Shown here: positions 53,010 through 64,000 of the stretch, in pieces
Layout: each line of letters starts with the position of its first letter
How positions within the stretch are numbered: the stretch's first letter is position 1
DNA from: Welwitschia mirabilis
Lineage: Eukaryota
Assembly (NCBI GenBank): GCA_051453625.1
Contig: JBOZIK010000001.1
Span: 18,135,247-18,199,246 of the forward strand
Direction of reading: 5' to 3'
DNA length: 64,000 nucleotides
Program-made: the position numbers and the translations under genes
Notes under the pieces: model-generated
The model's database searches: none
The model's input: only the letters and a program-made list of their open reading frames with translations
Told to the model about the DNA's origin: nothing

Positions 53010-56000
53010 CACCCCAATCAGACCTTTGCTAGTCTCTTAGAAAAAAGTTGATAAAGAAATGATTAACATGGAAAAATTATCTAAGGAAAATATTCAAGTA
53101 TGAAAATGATATAACTTTTGAAAAACATTTTATCAATTTTTTTAAAAAGGTATAAACAAATAGATAAAATTCATTAAAAACTAGATGCCATACCTCTAGC
53201 CAAAACTGAACTTTATCCTCAAAGTTAAAAAGATAGAAAATTTTACACAATTTTTGAGAACATTTTAAAATAAAAAATTTAATTACATGGGTTTTTATTA
53301 TACTACAAGATAGAAAGTCACTTCGATATAATAAACTATCATACAAATTGAAAACTATAATGTATAAAATGATAAAATATAAATACTCTTAGAAATAATG
53401 ATCAATTACTTATTTTGTAAATTAGGATTATTATGAACTGAGAAGAATGGGACTGAGTGTGAAAATAAAAAATTAAAGATAAAATATAATGGTTAAAAAT
53501 GGATTATAATTAATTTCTAGAAAACTTAATAGTGACAAAAATTTTTAATAAACTAAAAATAAGATGTATGTTATTGTAGAAGAGTTTGGAGGTAAAAATT
53601 GAAAAATTAATGACTATTTCGGCCAAAAACAATAGTGGTGTCAGTTTCTTTAGGGTTTTGAGATTGAAATTTTATGAAATGGTTTATCAACTAAATCAAA
53701 AGATTTGGTATTATGGACTAAATCAAATAGTGAATGGAATGAACAAAACAAGGATAGAAGGTAAATTTGCACTACATGATGAAAATTATTACAACTAAAG
53801 CATTTATTTATAATACATGATAATGGAAATGAAAACTAATCCAAATAATGTATGAATTTAAAAGTCAAAATTGCCTAGGAAAATGGCCAAACTATTGAAA
53901 TTTTTATTAATTTTATAATTATTTAAATGGATTAAAATGTTAAAATAATGAAACATTCATTAAGTAAGCTATAAAAATTCAAAAATTAGTAAGAAAATTT
54001 TTAATTACATAAGTTAAAGCAAGTAACCAAAAAAGTATCTCCAAATTCCACCTTATCTTTTATAATTTACCTTTTCCCCAATCACACATGTTTCTTGTTT
54101 TAAGAATTCATATCAAATTGAGCATTTAGTGTTATGACATTTTCTTCCAATAGAATTAAGCATGTTGTTTCTTAAAGAAACCAGTGCTACATAACCAATG
54201 AATGTCCATAGGTCTGATGCAATTAACTAAAACCAATTAATTAATCATATAAAATGAGATTTTAAAGAAGAGATATTATATTTTCTTTTTATTCTTTTCT
54301 TATATTCAATATTTTTTATGCACATAAAATGGGTCATTAGCTCATTATCTTAATTAATAAAGATCTTGTCCCCATAAAATGCTTGATAACAAATAACATA
54401 GTATGAAGGTAGATTTTACTTTTTTAAATCATATTTTCTAATTTGGAGATCTTTAGTAATATTTGTTATGTGTGAATTTGTACAATACTAAAGCTCTTTA
54501 GGTAAACCTGTAAATCAAATAACTTGCAAAAAAACACGTGCTAGTATAGATAGAAGTTCACCTGAATGTCGTAATCCCAATAAGGCACTAGGCTTATAGG
54601 TAGAGAATTAATTTTCAAATGTATTTTTAGTATTTTTTCTTTTAATAATTGAAAGTAAATAACAATGCAAAAGTAATGCAAGATGAATGGATATGAAATG
54701 TAGTGAACAGAAAATGGAAATGGATTCTACTTAGATCTTATTTATTTTATCATAAGGACTACCTTATCTGTAACTTATATCAATTAAGAAGAGCATCCAA
54801 CTAANNNNNNNNNNTGCAAGATGAATGGATATGAAATGCAATGAATGGAAATGGAAATGGATTCTACTTAGATCATAGTCCTTCTATCACAAGAACTACC
54901 TTCTCTATAAATTATATCAATTAAAAAGAGCATCCAACTATTTCTTAACCAACATAAACTATGAGATCTATCCAAGTAAGATAAGGAATGAAATATGAAA
55001 TGGAATAAAAAAGTAATGCAAATCTACTACTAACCAAGGTCAACCCTAACAAAGTTTGTCCTTATGATCTAGATAAATCATAGAATTCTCACAAGAAATC
55101 ATGATAAATGTAAATTAGAAGGGACATACAAAATAGAAATGAAATAATAATTGTATTGATTCAAAGAAGTATCTAAGAATATTACATCCACTTACAAAAG
55201 AATAATAGCACCTGAATGGAAGAGACTCATCCTAACACCAAGTAGACTGCTTTCTGTAGCTCTAGATGGATCTCTTGCCTTTTAATCCTCTATCACAAGT
55301 ATCAGATATAAAAGATGGAGCTAGAAATAAAGGAGGGGAAGAGTATTTATAGTTTTGAATTTGAGGTTTTAGAAGCAAAACCCTAAAGATGGGAAACAAA
55401 ACCCTAACAACCCACATGGGTCGCTTGACTCCATTTGCAAAGATAATTCTTCTAAACATGAAAACATGGCTATCATCCCATCTATCATTGGGATTATAAA
55501 GGGGACATCACCATTTGTCACATGTCTCCATGCCCATTGATAACCCTACAGCTTCTTTCCATGTTAGCAGTGTTGTCGTCCTGCCTATCGTGGGAATGAC
55601 ATAGGAGATAATGTCATGTGTCACATGTCTCTATGTGCTCCATGTACTGCTCTCAACCCTGCAGCTTCTATCCATGTTAGCAATGTCATTATCTTTCCTT
55701 TCATGGGAATGACACAGGGGACGACGATCTTTCTTTTCTCCAATATCAAAGGTAATTTAGTCTTTTTCATCATAAAGTTCTTCTTTCAAATATACAATGT
55801 TAGAATAGGCCTAAGAAACTGCTAAAAATACTAAGGATTACATCTTTTACTAATTATTTTGTCATATCTCCATAGTCATCAATATTGCATCAAAACCTAT
55901 GTGAATGTTCTACAAAAGTACTCAAAATACACCATAAAATTNNNNNNNNNNNNNNNNNNNNNNNNNNNNNNNNNNNNNNNNNNNNNNNNNNNNNNNNNNN

Positions 56001-59000
56001 NNNNNNNNNNNNNNNNNNNNNNNNNNNNNNNNNNNNNNNNNNNNNNNNNNNNNNNNNNNNNNNNNNNNNNNNNNNNNNNNNNNNNNNNNNNNNNNNNNNN
56101 NNNNNNNNNNNNNNNNNNNNNNNNNNNNNNNNNNNNNNNNNNNNNNNNNNNNNNNNNNNNNNNNNNNNNNNNNNNNNNNNNNNNNNNNNNNNNNNNNNNN
56201 NNNNNNNNNNNNNNNNNNNNNNNNNNNNNNNNNNNNNNNNNNNNNNNNNNNNNNNNNNNNNNNNNNNNNNNNNNNNNNNNNNNNNNNNNNNNNNNNNNNN
56301 NNNNNNNNNNNNNNNNNNNNNNNNNNNNNNNNNNNNNNNNNNNNNNNNNNNNNNNNNNNNNNNNNNNNNNNNNNNNNNNNNNNNNNNNNNNNNNNNNNNN
56401 NNNNNNNNNNNNNNNNNNNNNNNNNNNNNNNNNNNNNNNNNNNNNNNNNNNNNNNNNNNNNNNNNNNNNNNNNNNNNNNNNNNNNNNNNNNNNNNNNNNN
56501 NNNNNNNNNNNNNNNNNNNNNNNNNNNNNNNNNNNNNNNNNNNNNNNNNNNNNNNNNNNNNNNNNNNNNNNNNNNNNNNNNNNNNNNNNNNNNNNNNNNN
56601 NNNNNNNNNNNNNNNNNNNNNNNNNNNNNNNNNNNNNNNNNNNNNNNNNNNNNNNNNNNNNNNNNNNNNNNNNNNNNNNNNNNNNCATTATAACGATATT
56701 AGTCTTAATAAGATAACTTAAAACAAGCATAATCTTTTCTTAAAAAATACAAATAAACTTAAATTCTACCTTTGTTATATTGAGAAGGCAATTACTTACT
56801 AATAGTTTATTCATTAAGGACCATCAACCAAGTTCATCAAGTCTTGGTAACTCATGGATGGAGGGTAAGGATAGATGCTTGGTTACTTAATAGGATGATC
56901 TAAAAATGGAATGGGTATGTGAAATGGTTTAAACATGTGATTATGCTTATAATCATCTAAGAAAAACATCCTTGGGTTTTAATGAGTTGATTTCATTTTT
57001 TAAAGTTCTACCACAAGGGTTTTTTTTAAGGAAATGTAATATGCTAGGTTTAAAACTTTTAGAATTATGAGGATCAAGACATTAGTTATTTAAAAATGGT
57101 ATAGAATAGTTATCATTTTCATGTATTAACTCTACACATACATGTAAAAACTTTAAAAGAACATGAGGGATGTAATTAAAAGAGTCTAAATGTTCAAAGT
57201 AAGATGTATTTCATTTTATTGCATTTCTATGCTTTTCTAATAAGTCTTGAAAGATGAGTCTAAAGCATTAAAATCATTATAAGAAGAACACATGTTTGGT
57301 TCAACTAGAAAAGGATCAAGATTATGAACTTTGTAAACAAAATCAACATTCTTGTTATTCCCTAGTAATTCCACTATGTTAAAAATATTTAAATCCATTA
57401 TTATGTTGCTAAAATAAATTTTCATACAACCATTTTTATAATAATAAGATTATTTAACATTTCTAGAAAAGGTCTATCGAAAATAACTAAAATTAAATTA
57501 TACTTCATTGAATTCATTTCTAACATAATAAAATCTACTAAAAAGTAGTAATTATCTTTACAAACAACTATGTCTTTAATCATTCTTAGTGGGATTTTAA
57601 TAAGTTATATGCTAACTACAATTAGATTTTTGTCTTTTTAAGGTCATCAAGATGAAGGTCCTTGTAAATCAAGTGGGTAAAAGATTTACACATGCGTCTA
57701 GATCTAAGAAGACTTACTTAAGATGTTCATCTCCATATGTAATAATGATCGTACGGAAACTAGGATCTTTGTACTTTAATGGAACTTGATCTTATATGAT
57801 TTCATTTATTTGTTAGGTGAAAAAGATCTTTTTCTTAACATGCACTTTCCTCTTAATTATACACATGTCTTTTAAGAACTTAGCATAATATGGAATTTGT
57901 TTAATAAAAAACTAATAATGACATGTTAATTTTAATCTCTTCGAAAACCTATAAGCCTTTTAATTATTTATTTACAATGTGTTTCTTCCTAAGTTATTAT
58001 GGAAAGGGTATAGGTTCTTAATAAGTAGGTAAAGGATCTTCTAAAGTTTCATATTTCTCACTATTTTCTATGGGATTTAGTTCTTCTTTAGTTTTGTTTT
58101 GCTTAAATTAATTATTCAACTCTTTCCCACTTCTAAGATAAATGGTTCTAGTGTCTACAATCTAGTTAGGCTCTAATCCTTCTATGAGCCAATTCCTTTT
58201 TGATTTAGCTATAAGCTTATGAGGAGTTTAATATATTCTCTTTAATTTAGAGAAGTGATAATTTGGGTGGTGATTTGCTAAAGTCTATTGAAAAAGGAAG
58301 TATATTAATGGATTGTCTATTCTAGATTACTCAAGAAGAAGAAATGTTGATTAAGCATTTTTCCATGTTTATAGATAATTCAGGTTTGATCATTAGTTAT
58401 TTTGGGCTATCTCATGATTATTTTAGTCTTGGGTTTCCATGAATGTCCTTAATGATTCCTCCAATAAAGTATATGATAAAGTTTATTATTGATTTAATGA
58501 TGATGGTAATGGATTTCTCAATTGACTAACATGATTTTAACCATGAAAAGTATCTTGTCTCTAAGAAAAATTAGGATGGTTCCTCTACATGGGGTTGTAA
58601 GTGTTTAAATATGAATTACTTTTGTTATTCTTTCACTAATGTCCTATGGCTTTGACTTATTCACATATAGTATTTTAAAAGATAGGTATAGAAAGATACT
58701 CAATTATTTTATTGAAGTCTAGGTAATAGATGAAGCATTTGGGTTTGAATGTCAATGATTTGGATGAGGTGAAAAGGGGTTTTACTTTTTTCAATAATAC
58801 ATCTATTTGTTTATTGATGTCAAAGTTGTTAAGCACTGTAAAAATACTCATAGACCTAACAAATGTTGGGGTTCTAGGTGGCTCAATTAGTTTCTCCTAG
58901 TTTTTTGAACTTTTATATTCTATTTTGGGGAAATCTTAAACTTTATCTAGTGGAAGACATAAGAAGATACCTCTTCTTATCATCTCAATCAATTTCCTAT

Positions 59001-59489
59001 TATTTGTTAATAATCCATCCTAAAATAAATTAATTTATCTACTTGACTTAAATCCATGTTGGAGACATTTCCAAAGTAGATTATTAAGCCTCTCTAAGGC
59101 TTACGAGAAGGTTTTAAGATTTTTTTATTAATATTTTATGATCTTTCACATTAAAGCATTAGTTTTCTAACTTGGAAAAAAATTTGAAATAAATGCTTTA
59201 TTTAAATTATTTTAAGTTCTAATTGATAAAGGTTTAAGAATATAGAGCTAGAACTTAGTTTTTTCTTTGAGGAAGAATAAGAAAAGAGTGAGTTTAAGGG
59301 TGTTAAAGGTGTTCAGATAGTGAGGTAAGGTAGATACCACACATTTAAATTACTTAAGGTATAGGTAGGGGTATTCAAATTCTAAGCCATGAAAATGAAG
59401 AAGTAACTATATAGTGGATGGCTTAAACTCTAGTTTGTTGTATACTGTTACCAATTGGACTATACATTATGTAGTACCTAACCATTGAA
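53010..59489 (-). mobile_element. Element X unit 2 internal region (gag-protease relic at ~57390-59489)
   Basis: Colinear with 5087-6932, 27947-29736 and 50290-50890; stops at the CACTA terminus. Confidence 0.85.
54464..56695 (-). mobile_element. LTR insertion E (solo LTR or collapsed element), D-related
   Basis: TGTTAT...ATAACG termini and perfect TSD ATATT (54459-54463, 56696-56700); colinear with 59714-61816. Confidence 0.85.
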
Positions 59490-61944
59490 CACTACTAGAA
59501 ATATAGGGTTTTAAGGCATTTATAAAATGCCTTAAAAGGCCTCAAGAAATGCATTAAATAATTTTAAGGCATTTTGTTAAAAAATCCCTTAAAAAGCCTT
59601 GCCTTACAAGCTTACATGATTTTAAGGTGTTTTCACATTAGAGGCATTTATTTTGTAAAATGACTTTAAACCCTTTTAAGGAGTTTTCTAATATAAACAT
59701 CTTAAAATAATTTTGTTGTGGTGTGAATTTATTAAATCCTGAAGCTCTTTAAGTAAACCTAGAAATACAATAACTTGCTAAAAAACACACGCTAGTGTAG
59801 ATGTAAGTTCACCCAAATGTCGTAATCCCAATGAAGGCACTAGGCTTAGAGTTAAAGAATTGATTTCCAAAGGTATTTTTAGTTTTTTTTTTTAATAGCT
59901 AAAAGTAAATAATAAAGTAAATGCAATGAAAGATACATGTAGATGAAATGCAAGTGGAAATGGAATGAAATCTCTTAGTTTCTAATCCTTCTATCACAAG
60001 GACTAGCCTTCTCTAAANNNNNNNNNNNNNNNNNNNNNNNNNNNNNNNNNNNNNNNNNNNNNNNNNNNNNNNNNNNNNNNNNNNNNNNNNNNNNNNNNNN
60101 NNNNNNNNNNNNNNNNNNNNNNNNNNNNNNNNNNNNNNNNNNNNNNNNNNNNNNNNNNNNNNNNNNNNNNNNNNNNNNNNNNNNNNNNNNNNNNNNNNNN
60201 NNNNNNNNNNNNNNNNNNNNNNNNNNNNNNNNNNNNNNNNNNNNNNNNNNNNNNNNNNNNNNNNNNNNNNNNNNNNNNNNNNNNNNNNNNNNNNNNNNNN
60301 NNNNNNNNNNNNNNNNNNNNNNNNNNNNNNNNNNNNNNNNNNNNNNNNNNNNNNNNNNNNNNNNNNNNNNNNNNNNNNNNNNNNNNNNNNNNNNNNNNNN
60401 NNNNNNNNNNNNNNNNNNNNNNNNNNNNNNNNNNNNNNNNNNNNNNNNNNNNNNNNNNNNNNNNNNNNNNNNNNNNNNNNNNNNNNNNNNNNNNNNNNNN
60501 NNNNNNNNNNNNNNNNNNNNNNNNNNNNNNNNNNNNNNNNNNNNNNNNNNNNNNNNNNNNNNNNNNNNNNNNNNNNNNNNNNNNNNNNNNNNNNNNNNNN
60601 NNNNNNNNNNNNNNNNNNNNNNNNNNNNNNNNNNNNNNNNNNNNNNNNNNNNNNNNNNNNNNNNNNNNNNNNNNNNNNNNNNNNNNNNNNNNNNNNNNNN
60701 NNNNNNNNNNNNNNNNNNNNNNNNNNNNNNNNNNNNNNNNNNNNNNNNNNNNNNNNNNNNNNNNNNNNNNNNNNNNATCAATTAAGAAAAGAATTCAACT
60801 AGTTCTTAACCAACATAAACTATGAGATCTATCAAGTAGATAAAGGAATGAAATATGAAAATGAAATGAAAAGACAATGCAAATCTACTATTAATCAAGA
60901 TCAACCTTAACAAAGGTTGCCCTTATGATCTATATAAATCATAAAGTTGTTACTAAACTATGATTAATGTAAACCATAAGGGACATATAGAATGGAAATG
61001 AAATAATGATTGTATTAATTTAAAAGAGTATTCAAGAATACTACATCCACTTACAAATAGAATAATAGCATTTCAATGGAAGAAACTTAGCCTAACACCA
61101 AGTAAACTCCTTCCTATAGCTCTAGATGGACCTCTTTTTCTTCAATCCTCTATCATAAGTATCAGGTACAAAAGATGAAACTAGAAATGAAGGAGAGAAA
61201 GGGTATTTATAGTTTTTCATTTTAGGTTCTAGAAACAAAACCCTAGAGGTGGAAAATAAAGCCCTAATAATTCACATGGGTTACTTAACCCCATTTATAG
61301 AGCTATTTCTTTTCAAACATGCAAAAATAGTTGTTGTTCCACCTGTCATTAGGATGACATAGGGGATGTCACCATGTGTCACAAGCCTTCATGCCCCACT
61401 ATTGGCCCTGCAGCTTCTGTCCATGTTAGCAGTGTTATTGTCTTGCCTATCATGAGGAAAACATAGGGGACATTGTCATGTATCACATGTCTTCATGTGC
61501 TGCTGTCAGCCCTGCAGATTCTATCCATGTTAGCAATGTCATTGTCCTGTCTATCATGAGGATGACATATGGGATAATGGTCTTCTTTTTCTCTAATCTC
61601 AAAGGTAAATTAGTCTTTTGCATTATGAAGTCTTTCTTCCAAATTTACAATGTTAGAATAGGCCTAAAAGACTACAAAAAATGCTTAGGATCACATGTTT
61701 TACTGAGCATCTTATCAGATATCCATAGTCATTAGCATTACATCAAAACCTGTGTGAATGTCCTATAAAAGTACTCAAAATACACCATAAAATTCCTACA
61801 AATTGGCATTATAACACCTTTTAAGATATTTTCTTACAAATTAAATGCCTTAAATCTATTTTGAGGCATTTTTACATGAACATCTCAAAATGTTTTTGAG
61901 GTATCCTAGCAAATAAATGCCTTAAAATATATAACTTTAAAGTG
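59490..61944. mobile_element. Small non-autonomous CACTA (En/Spm) element interrupted by LTR F
   Basis: CACTACTAGAAA terminus, and TAAGGCATTT/AAATGCCTTA subterminal repeats in both orientations on both sides of F. Decayed right end ...AGTG, with GAA on both flanks. Confidence 0.65.
59714..61816 (-). mobile_element. LTR insertion F (same family as E)
   Basis: TGTTGT...ATAACA termini. Right end is the reverse-complement homologue of the D LTR start at 44055. TSD is poor (AATTT/CCTTT). Confidence 0.8.
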
Positions 61945-64000
61945 GAAAAAAAGGCTAGTGGAAATTAATCTCTTGAGTCCATTGATCACATATATATTGA
62001 TACACTAAGACAACCAATAGAAGGATACATTCCAAAATTAAAGGACATGTTACTTTTATTGGTAGAGAATCATAAATGGTATATTCATGAACTTCATAGC
62101 TTATATCTTAAATTCAAGAACTAAAAAGAATTAACAAATTTGATTATTACTCTTCATCAACTGTGGTTTTTTTAAAGGTTCTAATGATGGAAAAACTATG
62201 ATAGGTTTCTAGCTTACTTTATTCCTAGTCTTTGTAATGTTTTTGTTTTCAATATAATTTCACTTATTTCTATTAATATCTGAAATCTTTATTCTTTATC
62301 ATTTAATGTTGTTTATTTGATAATGTGGAAAAACTAAGATGAAAGAACTACTAGCTTGATGCGTTGGGTGACTCTCTCAATTACTTTTAAACTATATTTG
62401 AAATATAAAATTCATCATCAATTCTACTTCAAGGTCTTGGAGTAGAGGTAGTTACTAAAAAATAGAAAGTTTGAAGAGAGCATTCACTAACAACCTAAGG
62501 AAAGCACTATAGAAGGATTAGAGCTCATTTCAATAAAGGTTTTTAGTGTAGTTTCAATTTTCAAACTTTTACAAAAGTCCATTAGAAGCTTCCCTGGAGC
62601 CTTAATTTCTATATTACAAGCAATTGGCTCATTGAATAAGCTTGATAAGTCCAGCAAGAAAGCTTGACTTAATTATCATAAATTAGATTTTCAAGCATAC
62701 TACTACTATGCATACAATAAACAAGGGATCTTTGAAAAGTATTTACACATTCTTTGGATGTCGCTTTTATCTTCTAAGATATGAGCTTTTATCTATAGAT
62801 TCTTGGAAGACATTTCATGAAAAATACAAGTAGATATTAGGCATTCCACTTTATGATAAAATAAAGTGAATAATAAAGTTTTTTTATGCATGTCAACATG
62901 TTTTTTTTATTTTTTTAAGATTAAGTAGACAGAAAATAAGGAAACATTTAGACATATGCTTTATATGACTTCAAATTCCCTTTAACTCTATAATAAATAA
63001 GAATAGAGAATAAACTAATGGTAGACACAAAGCCTAAAAACAAGCAATTAGGTTAGCATTATTACAAGAAAATGGGCTTCACAAATCATGTAATTGATAA
63101 AGCTCTTTACCATTAAAACATAGTCAAATATATGCATCAATTTCCCACTTGTAACTGCAACCAACTACTCTATCAAATCTATTTAAAGGGAATTGGTATA
63201 CTTTTAAACAAACCTTCTTCTAATGCCTTTACTTCTACTTATACATCTTTCACTATCACAACTATTAGTTACTATTTGTTTCCTTCATCTCCTATGATTA
63301 AACAACAAAGAAAATTGACTAGTGAGTTTCAGAAATCAAAAAAGACAGGAACCTTGGGCAGCAAAGGGAAAAGGAAAGTTAGCCATTATTAGGCTAGTAA
63401 GAGAACATGCATAACAATTTGGTTTTTTGGATCTAAGGCTACCTAAATTGTAATTACTCTTTGATTATTTTCTATTGAATAGTCATGTTTCATTAAAATT
63501 ACTTTATTTTAGTATTATATGAGCACTTGCATTATTAGCAAGAGTTATCATTACTTTCCAAACTTATGTAAGAGTAATTTACAAGTTCATGCTTATTTCA
63601 TTTATGTAAATTTCCATGTTATGTTTGAAAGAGTTTTATACTAAAGGGAAAATATACTATGAGAGTAATGTAGTGATGCTATAAACTGTGGATTTTCTTT
63701 TTGTGTTGGAATAGGTAACTAGATGGTAACATACTATTTTTTAGCAGTGAGAGATTCATTTAAAATGAACTATTACTTTTCTCTTTGGTAATGAATCCAA
63801 AATCTGACAAAAGGTGATTTTATGTCAATTTTAAGTACATGAGCTTGTGCTTCTTGAATATGTTGAGATTCTTTCATATTATAAGTCTTATCATTCTAGA
63901 ATTACATCCTAAAATTAGTTTCTCTATGAAGCTAATACCATAAGCTATTTTGATAATGATTTTCGTTACACGTTTTTTGGCAGTAAAAGAGTACTAGTAC

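Noticed and set aside
63737-63749. TTTTTAGCAGTG as the CACTA right terminus
   Set aside because: No subterminal repeats nearby, the flank is not GAA, and X does not resume.

Overview
AT-rich, CpG-depleted plant heterochromatin made almost entirely of nested, decayed transposons. I found no intact host gene, RNA gene or CRISPR. The scaffold is a minus-strand Athila-like Ty3/gypsy element (X; gag-protease only) arranged LTR-int-LTR-int. Its first unit carries two large insertions. The first is a full-length L1 LINE (~6933-27946), split by a tandem array (A) of SIRE/Sirevirus-type Ty1/copia elements that lack INT/RT/RH (8043-23018). The second is another SIRE element (B, 29737-50284, TSD TGGTT) holding a truncated gag-pol copia (C) and an Athila-like non-coding element (D). 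The second X unit carries an LTR insertion and a small CACTA element with another LTR inside it. The standout observation is a decayed, frameshift-free reading frame at the L1 3' end, just before its (TA)n tail, that ends in a DnaJ/J-domain (27398-27577). Its HPD motif reads YSN, explainable by three transitions. All calls come from manual reading and translation; no database searches were run, and several N gaps limit structural certainty.
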